From contig JAEEPS010000004.1 in NCBI GenBank assembly GCA_016284875.1, forward strand, positions 11,785-75,784: a DNA stretch of 64,000 nt, in the 5' to 3' direction. This DNA is from Salinivirgaceae bacterium (GTDB taxonomy: Bacteria; Bacteroidota; Bacteroidia; Bacteroidales; SZUA-534). The stretch's first letter is position 1, and each line of letters starts with the position of its first letter. The notes under the pieces were generated by a model, which was not told the origin of the DNA, made no database searches, and saw only the letters and a list, made by a program, of their open reading frames with translations. The translations under genes were made by a program, and so were the position numbers. Positions 46,501 to 56,871 of the stretch are shown here, piece by piece.

Positions 46501-46602
46501 TTACAAAGATTTTTGGAAAAACCACTTTTCCATTGCGGTTTTAATGAAATGAATATCTGTTTTTATTTGGGCAATATTGGTGGTAAGTTCTTGTATATCA
46601 AG
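46501..46602 (-). pseudogene. Relic of an XRE-regulator 3' end
   Basis: The minus-strand translation is LDIQELTTNIAQIKTDIHFIKTAMEKWFFQKSL-stop. The intact regulator tail is VDLQELAANIAQMKTDIHSIKVAMDI-stop. No HTH-coding part is present. Confidence 0.6.
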
Positions 46603-46625
46603 AAATAAGGCTCTTGTACTCACAA

Positions 46626-46660
46626 GGTTCACCATTTGGTGGTCCACCAGTTGGTGAACC
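46626..46660. repeat. 35-nt nested imperfect palindrome
   Basis: The sequence reads GGTTCACCA ttt GGTGG t CCACC agt TGGTGAACC. It lies 15 nt downstream of the DUF5103-like gene stop, with no clear U-tract on either strand. Confidence 0.6.
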
Positions 46661-46674
46661 GTCTTAAAAACTTC

Positions 46675-47931
46675 TCAATTGCCAATTTTGAGCACTCCCA
46701 CAAGTTGCTCGTATTCTGCGGCAGCGGGATAATAGAACACCAGAAAAATGTAACTGTTCTCAGTTTCGGAGTGCGAGCCCTCAAACCGCTCGGTATCAAC
46801 GGCGCCGTTGTAGTAACTGCGGCAGACGTAGATGTAGTCGTAAACGCCCTGTTTCAGCAGCAGGTCGGCCTCGTATCGCTTTGCGCTGAAGTTGTAGCGC
46901 ATCATGTTGGTAGAGTCGAGCAGCCAGTTGTTGAACGCTCCGCACACAAACACATCGCCGTCGAGCACAGGCTCGGTGGTCAGCGTGGGGTGCGCAAAGG
47001 CATAATCGGCCGAGCGGTGAAAATCATCGAAACTCTTGTTCACCTGATTGGCGTAAACCACAAACTGACCATTCTGGTCTTCCTCTGCAAAATAGGGCTT
47101 GAAGGCGCGAATCTCGTCGGTAGGCGTTGTCACATGGAAATATCCGCCCGTGAACTCCACTGAATTATAATTGATTGGGGCCTGGCGGAGATAGCGCAAA
47201 TCCAAACGGCGGAACTCATTGCCGCCTGGCATTGTAAGGTCGCCCGCTTGCGCGTAAATCAGTTTGTCGGCCGCTATATATTTGGGTTTCAGCCCAGTGC
47301 GCGAGGTGTACGGGCACCCGTTCTGCACAATGTCAACTTTCAGGTCCTCCAGAACATTGTTGAGCGGCAGACCGTTGGCATCGATGCTCAACCTCACTTC
47401 CTGCTCCGTGCGGTCGCTGCGCTCGGGTTTGCGGACTTCGGCTTCGATAGTCACCAGTTGCTCATAAACCAGAAATGTTGTTCGCGCGACAACCTTTTCG
47501 GGATGCCCAGCCTCGAAAACATTCAGCACGTAGCGCCCCGAAAGCAGCATTCGCACATTGTCGTTCGGCAGTGTGATGCGGTAGTTGTAATAGCCCACCA
47601 CGGTGCCGACCGACGGCCAGTAATCGCTCACTGGATTCACATTGAATCCTTCGATATACTCCGTTGGTAATAAGTCGGTTGGAGTGCCGCAATTGAAGCA
47701 ATGATGCAGGCTGTATTCAAGGTCGGCGGGAGTGTCGGCAAGGCAGTCAAACTCCACCACAATATGGTCGTCGCTATCAAGGCCAATTATCGGAAACGAT
47801 GTCTCATCACCCTCAACGTGCGTGCGTAGTGTTCGCACCTGCAGCGATTTGAATTCAAGCGATGTCTGCGCCTCGGCAGTTATGCCGACAATCAGGAATG
47901 CGGCTGTCAGTATCGACCGTAAACGTGCCAT
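46675..47931 (-). CDS. DUF5103 / T9SS-plug-like protein with a C-terminal CBM-like domain (tentative)
   Basis: It has a signal peptide, then VVGYYNYRITLPNDNVRMLLSGRYVLNVF and C-terminal GAFNNWLLDSTNMMRYN...LLLKQGVYDYIY. The assignment is from memory of the family pattern. Confidence 0.5.
   Translation of the reverse strand: MARLRSILTAAFLIVGITAEAQTSLEFKSLQVRTLRTHVEGDETSFPIIGLDSDDHIVVEFDCLADTPADLEYSLHHCFNCGTPTDLLPTEYIEGFNVNPVSDYWPSVGTVVGYYNYRITLPNDNVRMLLSGRYVLNVFEAGHPEKVVARTTFLVYEQLVTIEAEVRKPERSDRTEQEVRLSIDANGLPLNNVLEDLKVDIVQNGCPYTSRTGLKPKYIAADKLIYAQAGDLTMPGGNEFRRLDLRYLRQAPINYNSVEFTGGYFHVTTPTDEIRAFKPYFAEEDQNGQFVVYANQVNKSFDDFHRSADYAFAHPTLTTEPVLDGDVFVCGAFNNWLLDSTNMMRYNFSAKRYEADLLLKQGVYDYIYVCRSYYNGAVDTERFEGSHSETENSYIFLVFYYPAAAEYEQLVGVLKIGN
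46693..46734. repeat. 42-bp perfect direct repeat, right copy (inside the intact gene 3' end)
   Basis: It is identical to 44435-44476 and encodes YYPAAAEYEQLVGV. Confidence 0.92.
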
Positions 47932-47935
47932 GATT

Positions 47936-49177
47936 TCATCTTTTTTCGGCCAGCCGCCCAGCCGAGCGCGCGTACCAAATCATGTAAACGTAGAGCGGAA
48001 TCATAATGAAAAGCGCCGCCTTCACGCCAAAATAATCGGCCACGGCACCCATCGCCACGGTGATGATTCCGCCGCCTGCTATCGCGGTGAGCATCAGGCT
48101 TGTAGCCTTGTTTGTGAGATAATCGAGCCCGCGTGTGGCAAGGCCGAAAATGTTGCCCCACATCACGCTTTGGCACAAACCCGAAGCAATGAGCGCCACA
48201 ATGGCCACAGGCCCGTGGAAGAGCAGCCCGAAGGCCACCAGCACGATTCCCGCGGCAGCGTATGCCGAAAGGGCCGTCTTGTCGGTGACACGCTTCATAA
48301 CAAAAATGCCAGTGAACCGCCCAGCGAGCATCGCCAGAAAATAGAAGGTGATGAACGTTGCCGCCCGCGACTCGTCAACGCCCAGAATGCTGCTGTCGGT
48401 GGCGTACTGCACCATAAAACTCGGGATGGCGATTTCAATGCCCTCATAGATGAAGATGGCCAGCACGCCATAGCGCAAGTGGCGGTGCTGCCACGCTTTC
48501 GCGATGGTTCCGCGGTCGTCGGTCTGGTGCGTGATAACAGGCAGTTTTATCAGGCTGATAATGATGAGCAAAACCAAGAAAGCCGCGCCAATCGACAGAT
48601 AAGGCATCTGCAGCGACTGCGCCAATTGGGTACGTTGCACATCGCTCACGGGCAGCGTGTTGTCGGGGATAATCTGACTGATGGTGCCCAAAAACAGCGC
48701 CGTGCCCACCAGCGGTGCAATCATTCGGGCGGTGCTGCTGGCCGTGCCCACAATGTTCATTCGCATTGCGGTGGTGCGGTGCGGACCAATCTCAACAACA
48801 TACGGATTGACAGCCACTTGCAGCAGCGTTATGCCCAGCGCCAACACAAACGTGGCGGTCAGGAAGAAGGGGTAACTCACCATCAGTGCGGCAGGATAGT
48901 AAAGGAATCCGCCCAGAGCGCAAATCATCAAGCCAATGAGCATTCCGCGCTTGTAGCCAAACCTCTCGGTTATGACCGACGACGGGATTGAGCCCACTCC
49001 GTAAGCCCCGTACCAGACCATGTTGATGAACATCGCCTGTGCGTTTGTCAGGCTGAAAAGAGTCTGCATGTACGGAATCAGGATGTTGTTCATTGTGGTC
49101 ACAAACCCGAACGAGAAGAACATAAACGTCAGGGTGCTCATTCCGGTGATGCTGGTGCGTTCTGAAGTGGTGCTCAT
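47936..49177 (-). CDS. Sugar MFS transporter (FucP / glucose-galactose transporter type)
   Basis: It has 12-TM-like hydrophobicity. The N-terminal region FMFFSFGFVTTMNNILIPYMQ is typical of this subfamily. Confidence 0.8.
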   Translation of the reverse strand: MSTTSERTSITGMSTLTFMFFSFGFVTTMNNILIPYMQTLFSLTNAQAMFINMVWYGAYGVGSIPSSVITERFGYKRGMLIGLMICALGGFLYYPAALMVSYPFFLTATFVLALGITLLQVAVNPYVVEIGPHRTTAMRMNIVGTASSTARMIAPLVGTALFLGTISQIIPDNTLPVSDVQRTQLAQSLQMPYLSIGAAFLVLLIIISLIKLPVITHQTDDRGTIAKAWQHRHLRYGVLAIFIYEGIEIAIPSFMVQYATDSSILGVDESRAATFITFYFLAMLAGRFTGIFVMKRVTDKTALSAYAAAGIVLVAFGLLFHGPVAIVALIASGLCQSVMWGNIFGLATRGLDYLTNKATSLMLTAIAGGGIITVAMGAVADYFGVKAALFIMIPLYVYMIWYARSAGRLAEKR

Positions 49178-49217
49178 AGTTTGTTTTTTATTGATAGCAA
49201 GATTGATGGCAAAATTC

Positions 49218-50045
49218 TTATTTACAATACTTCTCCAGCATCACCTTCATCTCGTCAGCCACCTTGCGGGCGGCTTCGGCGGCGCGTTCGGCAAAGTCGG
49301 TGCCGTTGCTTGCGTAGATGATGGCGCGCGACGAGTTGACAATCAGTCCGCACTGCGAGTTCACTCCGTAGCGGCAAACCTCCTCAAGTGAGCCGCCCTG
49401 CGCTCCGATGCCAGGCACAAGCAGAAAATGGTCGGGGGCGATGCGGCGGATGTCTTCAAACAACTGCCCCTGAGTGGCGCCCACAACGTACATCATTTGG
49501 TCGGCGGTGGCCCATTGCTGGCTGGTGCGCAACACCTTCTCGAACAGGCGCTCGCCGTTGGCGTCGGCCGTGAGTTGGAAGTCGTGCGAGCCCTTGTTGC
49601 TTGTGAGCACAAGCAGAATCACCCATTTGCCCTCGTAGGTCAGGAACGGGCTCACGCTGTCCTCGCCCATATACGGCGCCACGGTTACCGAGTCGATGTC
49701 CAACTCCTCGAAGAACGAGCGTGCGTACATTGCGCTTGTGTTGCCGATGTCGCCGCGCTTGGCGTCGGCAATAATGAACTGCTCGGGATAGTTCTGCTTC
49801 AGATATTTAATTGTCTTTTCGAATGATATCCAGCCTTTTACGCCCATACTCTCGTAGAATGCAAGGTTCGGCTTGTAGGCGATGCAGTAGTCGGCCGTGG
49901 CATCGATAATAGCCTTGTTGAAGGCGAAAATCGGGTCCTCGTCGTTCAACAAATGGGCAGGCACTTTCTTAATGTCGGTATCGAGACCAACGCAAAGGAA
50001 TGTCTGTTTTTTAGTAATCTGATTTACAATGTCTTGACGTGTCAT
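49218..50045 (-). CDS. pyrF: Orotidine-5'-phosphate decarboxylase (type 2)
   Basis: Motifs seen are LCVGLDTD and [14 protein letters not shown]. Confidence 0.92.
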   Translation of the reverse strand: MTRQDIVNQITKKQTFLCVGLDTDIKKVPAHLLNDEDPIFAFNKAIIDATADYCIAYKPNLAFYESMGVKGWISFEKTIKYLKQNYPEQFIIADAKRGDIGNTSAMYARSFFEELDIDSVTVAPYMGEDSVSPFLTYEGKWVILLVLTSNKGSHDFQLTADANGERLFEKVLRTSQQWATADQMMYVVGATQGQLFEDIRRIAPDHFLLVPGIGAQGGSLEEVCRYGVNSQCGLIVNSSRAIIYASNGTDFAERAAEAARKVADEMKVMLEKYCK

Positions 50046-50168
50046 ATTTATTCTTTTCGTTTAAAAGTTTAACAGGTTGAAACGCTGAGCTGTTTAAATC
50101 TTATCAATAACTTAAACTATTTATTCAAAATACCAATCTTAAATATCTGATTTCTAAATCTTAATGAT

Positions 50169-51272
50169 TTACAAATCCGCTTCCTTAAGCCGCTCTGCGT
50201 TTTCAGCCACAATCAGGTGGTCGATGCAGTCTTGGATGTCGCCATTCACAAAGGCGTCAAGGTTGTAGATTGTGTAGTTGATGCGGTGGTCGGTGATGCG
50301 CCCCTGCGGATAGTTGTAGGTGCGGATTTTGGCCGAACGGTCACCTGTGGAAACCATTGTCTTGCGCCGCGATGCAATGTCGTCGATATATTTTTGGTGC
50401 TCCTTGTCGTAGATGAAGGTGCGAAGGCGGCTCAAGGCGCGCTCCTTGTTCTTTGGTTGGTCGCGGGTTTCGGTACACTCAATCAGAATCTCGTCAACAA
50501 CGCCAGTGATTGGGTTCTTCCAGTTGTAGCGCAGGCGCACACCCGACTCCACCTTGTTCACGTTCTGACCGCCAGCGCCGCTCGAGCGGAAGGTGTCCCA
50601 CTTGATTTCGCCCTCGTTAATCTGCACGTCGAACTCGTCGGCCTCGGGCAGCACTGCCACAGTTGCCGCCGACGTGTGGACGCGGCCCTGCGTCTCGGTC
50701 ACGGGCACACGCTGCACGCGATGCACTCCCGACTCGTATTTCAATGTTCCATAAACACTTGCGCCAGTCACGCGGGCCACAATCTCCTTGTAGCCGCCGC
50801 TTGCTCCCTCGCTGCAACTCGACACTTCAATCTTCCAGCCTTTCGACTCGCAGTATTTTGTGTACATACGGAAAAGGTCGCCGGCAAACAGCGCGGCCTC
50901 GTCGCCGCCCGTTCCGCCACGGATTTCGAGAATGGCGTTCTTGTCGTCCTCGGGGTCCGACGGCAAAAGCAGAAGTTTGATTTCCTCCTCCATTGGCGCA
51001 ACCTTCGGCTCGTTCTCGTCGAGTTCCATTTTGGCCATTTCGCGCATCTCCTCGTCCTTTTCGGTGTTAAGGATGTTGCGGGCTTCCTCAATATTGGAAA
51101 TCAGCGTTTTGTATTTCTTGTAAACCTCAACAATCGGCTCAAGGTGCTTGTACTCCTTGTTGAGTTTCACAAACCGCTTCACGTCGGCAATAACCTCAGG
51201 GTCAGTTATTTGCTGTGCCGTCTCCTCGAATCGGATTTTTATTGCTTCAAGTTTTTCGAGTAGTGTGTTCAT
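50169..51272 (-). CDS. prfA: Peptide chain release factor 1
   Basis: The GGQ motif (SSGAGGQNVNK) and the RF1-type P-x-T tripeptide (RVPVTETQGRVHTS) are both present. Confidence 0.97.
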   Translation of the reverse strand: MNTLLEKLEAIKIRFEETAQQITDPEVIADVKRFVKLNKEYKHLEPIVEVYKKYKTLISNIEEARNILNTEKDEEMREMAKMELDENEPKVAPMEEEIKLLLLPSDPEDDKNAILEIRGGTGGDEAALFAGDLFRMYTKYCESKGWKIEVSSCSEGASGGYKEIVARVTGASVYGTLKYESGVHRVQRVPVTETQGRVHTSAATVAVLPEADEFDVQINEGEIKWDTFRSSGAGGQNVNKVESGVRLRYNWKNPITGVVDEILIECTETRDQPKNKERALSRLRTFIYDKEHQKYIDDIASRRKTMVSTGDRSAKIRTYNYPQGRITDHRINYTIYNLDAFVNGDIQDCIDHLIVAENAERLKEADL

Positions 51273-51437
51273 ATACTGATTTATTGATTAACAGATTAAT
51301 TGAGTGATTGAAAGTTTCCAAACACTCTGTTTTGCAAAATTTCGGCAAAAATAAGAATAAAATTGTTGTTGTCGGCTAAAGATGAATTGCATGCCGAAAG
51401 TGCAAAAATCCAATTCATGACGCGGAACCGACAAAAC

Positions 51438-53903
51438 TCACATCGGGTCCACATTGGCCACCACCTGTACATTCTTGAATTGCGGAATGGCAAGGAAATT
51501 GTCGATTGCCGACTGAATGTTGTTTTTGATTTGTGTGGTGTCGGTCTTGCTCAATTTTATCAGAATATTAACCAGATAGAGGTTCTGAATCCGATTGATG
51601 GGAGGCACTGTCGGGCCGAGAGCAACCAGTCCGCTTATCTTGCTGATTTGCCCGAAAAGATGGCTGGCACCGTCGTTCACCACTTGGCGGTCGCGGTGCT
51701 TGAGGGTTATCTGCACAAGGCGGCTCACGGGCGGGTAGAAGAAATTCTCGCGCTCCGCCATCTGGCTTTCGTACATGGCCTCGTAGTCGTTCGTAACCAC
51801 CTGACGGACAATCACATTCTCGGGGTTGGCCGTTTGAATTAGCACTTTTCCCACCTTGTCTTTACGTCCTGCGCGGCCGCTCACCTGCGCCATCAGTTGG
51901 AAACTGCGCTCGTAGGCGCGGAAATCGGGGAAGCCGAGCATGTTGTCGGCGTTGAGAATGCCCACAATGCTGACATTGTCGAAATCGAGCCCTTTCGAGA
52001 CCATCTGCGTGCCAATCAGAATGTTGATGTGGCGCTCCTGAAAATCGCGGATGATGTTCTCGCTGCCGTGCTTGCAGCGTGTGGTGTCGGTGTCGAGGCG
52101 GGCGATGTTGGCCTGCGGAAAAATCTTTTTCAACTCATCCTCAATGCGTTCGGTGCCGAATCCAGCCAGCCGCATGGTGTTTTGGTGGCAGTGGTCGCAC
52201 GAGTTGGCAACGCTCACCGTGTAGCCGCAGTAGTGGCACACCAACTTGTTGATACTCTTGTGGTAAGTGAGACTCACATCGCAGTGCTTGCACTTTGGAA
52301 TGTAGCCGCACTCGGTGCACTCCAGAAATGGGCTGTAGCCGCGGCGGTTTTGGAACAGAATCACCTGCTCGTCTTTTTCAAGTGCCTCGTTGACCGAGCC
52401 GAGCAGCGTCTGGCTGAAGCACTGTGTCATCAGCCTTTTCTTGCGGGCCTTGAGCGTGTCAACAATCTCTATTTCAGGCAGAATGGCCGAGCCGTGCCTG
52501 TGCGTCAACTTCACAAGTCCGTAGCGGCCGAGGCTGGCGTTGTAGTAACTCTCGAGCGACGGCGTGGCCGAGCCCAGCAGAATTTTGGCCTTGTGCTGGA
52601 TGCCCAAAACCACGGCCAGGTCGCGGGCATTGTAGCGCGGCGACGGGTCGAACTGCTTGTAACTGTTCTCGTGCTCCTCGTCAACAATAATCAGCCCTAA
52701 ATTGCTGAAAGGCAAAAAGATTGATGAGCGGACGCCAAGCACAATCTGATAGGGATTGTCGTCGGCGAGCATCTTTTTCCAAAGTTCGGCGCGCTCGGTT
52801 GACGAGTATTTTGAATGATAAACGCCCACCTTGTTGCCGAAAAACCGCTTCAATCGCTCCACAATCTGCGTTGTGAGTGCAATCTCGGGCAACAGGTAAA
52901 GCACGGTCTGCCCAGCCTCTAAAGTTTTGTTTATGAGGTTGATATAGATTTCGGTTTTTCCGCTGCCAGTCACGCCGTGCAGAAGCACCGTCTGCTTGGT
53001 CTCAAACTCGTGGTTGATGCTGTCGAGAGCCTCCTGCTGATAGGGGTTGAGGCTGTTGGGGGCGGCCGTTTCGCTTTCGGTTTGCTGCGGCAGATTGTCC
53101 TCATCGTCCATCTCCAGAAAACCCTTGTCAACAAGCGAGCGCACAACCGTCGGCGTTGCGGGCACACGTTCGAGCAGCACTTTCATCAGCACGGTCTTGC
53201 CCGAATAAGCCTCATCGCCCAGAAAATCGGCAATCCAGCGGAGCGTGTTGCACTGTTTCTCGGAACGCGCCAGCAGGGCAAGCGTGCGGTTAAGTGTCTC
53301 TGCATCAGCAATTCGGTTCGAAAAACGGATGACTTTTTGACGCCTTTGGCGCGGCTGCTCGCGCATCTCCTCGGTGATGATGGCAAACTGCTTCTCTACC
53401 AAATTCTTAACAACGGTCAGAATCGATTTCACGCCCGTCGTTTTCTCCAACTCCTCAATGCTGGCCGATTCGGCTTTGAGCAGCGCCGAATAGACCGCGC
53501 ACTCGTCGGGTGGCAAAGTGCTTGCATCGGCCTCGCTCTCGTGCAGCGGCAGCACCCGCGACTCGCTGTCGGGCCGCAGACTCACTGGAACGGCGGCCTT
53601 GTAGACATCGCCAAGCGGGCACATGTAGTAGTTCGATGTCCACGTCCAAAGTTCGAGTTGCTTCGGGGTGACAATCGGTTTTGGGTTGGCAATGGAGAGT
53701 ATCGATTTTATTCTGAAGCCCTCGGGCGGAGTTTCGGTCAGGCTGAAGATGATGCCCGTGTAGAGCCGCCGCGCACCAAACTGCACCACAACGCTCAGCC
53801 CAACCTGCACCTGACTCACCATGGAGATGGGAATCTCGTAGGTGAATGTCCCTTTGACGGGGACTGGAAGGATAATCTCTGCAAAAATCGCGCGCTCGGC
53901 CAT
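51438..53903 (-). CDS. priA: Primosomal protein N' (replication restart helicase PriA)
   Basis: It has a Walker A GVTGSGKT, a DEEH box IIVDEEH and a Cys-rich zinc region CTECGYIPKCKHCDVSLTYH. I chose the ATG at 53903. Confidence 0.95.
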   Translation of the reverse strand: MAERAIFAEIILPVPVKGTFTYEIPISMVSQVQVGLSVVVQFGARRLYTGIIFSLTETPPEGFRIKSILSIANPKPIVTPKQLELWTWTSNYYMCPLGDVYKAAVPVSLRPDSESRVLPLHESEADASTLPPDECAVYSALLKAESASIEELEKTTGVKSILTVVKNLVEKQFAIITEEMREQPRQRRQKVIRFSNRIADAETLNRTLALLARSEKQCNTLRWIADFLGDEAYSGKTVLMKVLLERVPATPTVVRSLVDKGFLEMDDEDNLPQQTESETAAPNSLNPYQQEALDSINHEFETKQTVLLHGVTGSGKTEIYINLINKTLEAGQTVLYLLPEIALTTQIVERLKRFFGNKVGVYHSKYSSTERAELWKKMLADDNPYQIVLGVRSSIFLPFSNLGLIIVDEEHENSYKQFDPSPRYNARDLAVVLGIQHKAKILLGSATPSLESYYNASLGRYGLVKLTHRHGSAILPEIEIVDTLKARKKRLMTQCFSQTLLGSVNEALEKDEQVILFQNRRGYSPFLECTECGYIPKCKHCDVSLTYHKSINKLVCHYCGYTVSVANSCDHCHQNTMRLAGFGTERIEDELKKIFPQANIARLDTDTTRCKHGSENIIRDFQERHINILIGTQMVSKGLDFDNVSIVGILNADNMLGFPDFRAYERSFQLMAQVSGRAGRKDKVGKVLIQTANPENVIVRQVVTNDYEAMYESQMAERENFFYPPVSRLVQITLKHRDRQVVNDGASHLFGQISKISGLVALGPTVPPINRIQNLYLVNILIKLSKTDTTQIKNNIQSAIDNFLAIPQFKNVQVVANVDPM

Positions 53904-54224
53904 TGTGTTTCTGTTTGTCCGCAATTTTATAATTAGTTGCCCGCTTGCACAAGAAAATAATGCCGCTGTTGATTTTTTTTGCCGTGCCTTGCCGTCGGTC
54001 AGCAGGCGGAGACCGACGTTTGGGTAAATGCAATATTCTGAAACATAGATTTATGATTTATAACAATATGACATTGGTTATTTAAAGAAAAACATTCGGT
54101 CGGCTGCGGCGGAAAGCCATTTTATGAACAACCATAATTTAATAACTACGGCAAATGCAAGTGTCAAATACACAATTCTTTTCTTTTTTTGTACTTTCGT
54201 TTAATAAAACGCAATCTTTTCAGT

Positions 54225-56864
54225 ATGGTCAGAAAAATATTTGTTGCCGCTTCGTTATGTCTAGCGGTTTTTGTTTCCGAGGCACAGGACAAATTGTTTA
54301 AAACATTGTTTCAGGCGGCTCAGGAGTCGATGCTCTATGAGGATTACGACGATGCTTTGAAAAAATACAAGCAGATTGAGACTCACAACTGGCTCAACGC
54401 CAATGTGGCCTTCGGCATCGGAATGTGCTACATGAATATGGAAAACCAGATTGAAAGCGCCATTCCCTATTTGGAGAAAGCGACAGCAAACACAAGCGCC
54501 ACCTACAAAGAGAGCAACTACAAGGAGGAGGCAGCCCCCGAGGAGGCATGGTTCTATCTTGGCAAAGCCTACCGCCTGACCGAGCAATACACAAAAGCCA
54601 TCGACGCATACCGTGAGTTCAAGGCGCGGCTGAACGCTACGGACCTCTACTATCAGGATTTCATCAACCTTCAGATTGAATCGTGCTCCAACGCACAGCG
54701 CATGAAGAGCAATCCAATCAACATCAATATTGAGAAGGCTCCGTTCGCGCTCGATGCCGAGTGCTATTATCCTGCTGTCTCGGGCGACGAGAAATCGGTT
54801 GTGTTCACCTCATATCAGAAGGTGCGCGACCCCTCAACGGGCGAGTCGGACTATTTTGAACTGATTTTCTATTCAACCCGCAAGGACGATGGCTCATGGA
54901 GCGAACCGCTCGACATCACTTACGACATCGCCTCCGACGGTAACTTCTCAACCGCCTCAATGTCGTACCACGGTGATATGATGATTCTCTACCGTGACGA
55001 CTTTGGCAACGGCAACCTTTATTTTTCGACCTTGACCAACGGCAAATGGTCTGAAATTCAGAAATTTCCGAAGAACATCAACTCAAAATACAACGAGACT
55101 CACGGCTGCCTGTCGAAAGATGGCCGCATTCTGTTTTTTGTCAGCAATCGCCCTGGCGGACAGGGAGGAAAGGATATTTTCCGTTCGGTGATGGACAACA
55201 AGGGCAACTGGGGAACGCCCGTGCCACTGTCGTATGTCATCAACACTCCGTTCGATGAGGAGGCGGTGTTCATGGCTGGCGACGACATCACGATGTTCTT
55301 TGTGTCTGAGGCGCACGCCACAATGGGCGGATTCGACATTTTCAAGAGCACTGTCGATAACAATGGTAACTGGAGCGAGCCTCAGAATATCGGTTACCCG
55401 ATTAACACGCCTTACGACGATGTGTTCTTCGCTCCTGTGGGCGATGGAAACGAGGGCTACATGGACCGCGTGCCCAACAGTGGCGGTATGAAGGAGATGT
55501 TCCGCATATCGTTGCCTTCGAGCAGCAAACCAACAAACACCTATGCTGCAGCGCCCGTTGAGCCAGAGCCTGTCTACACACCTGCGCCCGTGGCCGATGA
55601 GACACCCGCTTATCAGCCCGAGCCTGAACCAGCGCCTGCTTACACTCCAGAGCCAACCCCGACATATCCGTCGGAATACATTCTTAAAGGAACACTCACG
55701 CTGGAGGACAACAAGAGCCTCGACAACTCGTTCTACATCCACGTTTCCGACATAAGCGGGCAGGTGGTCGGCTCGTTGAGCCCCAACACCGCAACGGGCG
55801 AGTTTATGGCGAAACTCAAACCTGGCAGTTACAAGATTACCGCCTACGGCGACGGCTACGAAACGGCCGACAAGTACATATATATATCGGAGATGGAGAT
55901 GAACCCGACGGTGGTGTCGTTCCTGTCGATGAAGCCGAAGGCCGTCAGCACGGGTGAGTACTACTCCATCAAGAGCATTCTGTTCGACGACAACAGTTCA
56001 ACACTCAACCGCGACGCGCAGATTGAGGTTGAGCGCATTGCCGTGCTCATGCAGGCCAATCCCGATTTGAAACTCGAGGTTTCGGGCAACACCGACGACC
56101 TTGGTACCGACGATTACAATCAGCGCCTGTCGGTTATGCGTGCCCGCGCCGTTGTCAACTATCTGACAAAGAAAGGCATTGCTGAATCGCGCTTTGTGAC
56201 TAAAGGCTTGGGCAAGAGCAATTTCATTGCCATCAACCAAAACGCCGACGGCAGCGACAATCCCGAGGGCCGCGCTCTGAACCGCCGTGTGGACATGATG
56301 GTCATCAACCCGACGCAGGCCAATGTTACGGTTGAGGGAATCTACGTGCCCGACGAGTTGAAATACAAACAGCAACTCACCTACACCATTTGGATTACCG
56401 AATCGTCGAAGCCGATTGCACCTGCCAAGTTCAGGAATATCAACAATGTTTGGATGTTTGAGACGGGCGGTAACTATATGTATACTGTCGGTCTGTTCAA
56501 GCACCAGGCCGAGGCTGTGAGCATGGTGGGCGAGATTGTGGATGCAGGATTTGCCGATGCCCGCGTCATCAACAGTTTGGAATACAACGAGTTGGTGCAA
56601 AAGAGCAGTAGTTTCTACAAACGCAAGATGGCCGACCCCGACGAGAACACCTACACCATTCAACTCATGGCTGTCAATCAGCCAGTTGGCAAGGGCCGCT
56701 TCCATGGGCTCTTCGATGTTGAGGAGAACCGCGGCGACGATGGTCTCTACCGCTACACTTGGGGCGAGTTCATTGGCAAGACATCGGCAAAGCAGGCGCT
56801 TGAGGATGCGCTGACCAAAGGCTTCACCGATGCGTTCATTGTGAATGTTGAAAAGTTCAAATAG
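54225..56864 (+). CDS. Large OmpA-family outer-membrane/periplasmic protein (TPR, TolB-like propeller, Pro-rich linker, OmpA domain, SPOR-like C-terminus)
   Basis: The OmpA peptidoglycan-binding motif is present: NTDDLGTDDYNQRLSVMRARAVVNYL ... NRRVD. The signal peptide follows the ATG at 54225. Confidence 0.85.
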   Translation: MVRKIFVAASLCLAVFVSEAQDKLFKTLFQAAQESMLYEDYDDALKKYKQIETHNWLNANVAFGIGMCYMNMENQIESAIPYLEKATANTSATYKESNYKEEAAPEEAWFYLGKAYRLTEQYTKAIDAYREFKARLNATDLYYQDFINLQIESCSNAQRMKSNPININIEKAPFALDAECYYPAVSGDEKSVVFTSYQKVRDPSTGESDYFELIFYSTRKDDGSWSEPLDITYDIASDGNFSTASMSYHGDMMILYRDDFGNGNLYFSTLTNGKWSEIQKFPKNINSKYNETHGCLSKDGRILFFVSNRPGGQGGKDIFRSVMDNKGNWGTPVPLSYVINTPFDEEAVFMAGDDITMFFVSEAHATMGGFDIFKSTVDNNGNWSEPQNIGYPINTPYDDVFFAPVGDGNEGYMDRVPNSGGMKEMFRISLPSSSKPTNTYAAAPVEPEPVYTPAPVADETPAYQPEPEPAPAYTPEPTPTYPSEYILKGTLTLEDNKSLDNSFYIHVSDISGQVVGSLSPNTATGEFMAKLKPGSYKITAYGDGYETADKYIYISEMEMNPTVVSFLSMKPKAVSTGEYYSIKSILFDDNSSTLNRDAQIEVERIAVLMQANPDLKLEVSGNTDDLGTDDYNQRLSVMRARAVVNYLTKKGIAESRFVTKGLGKSNFIAINQNADGSDNPEGRALNRRVDMMVINPTQANVTVEGIYVPDELKYKQQLTYTIWITESSKPIAPAKFRNINNVWMFETGGNYMYTVGLFKHQAEAVSMVGEIVDAGFADARVINSLEYNELVQKSSSFYKRKMADPDENTYTIQLMAVNQPVGKGRFHGLFDVEENRGDDGLYRYTWGEFIGKTSAKQALEDALTKGFTDAFIVNVEKFK

Positions 56865-56871
56865 CCCTCTG

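Noticed and set aside
55540-55680. A Pro/Glu/Ala/Thr-rich repetitive stretch, considered as a DNA tandem repeat.
   Set aside because: It is an in-frame low-complexity linker (PVEPEPVYTPAPVADETPAYQPEPEPAPAYTPEPTPTYP) inside the OmpA-family protein, not an independent element.
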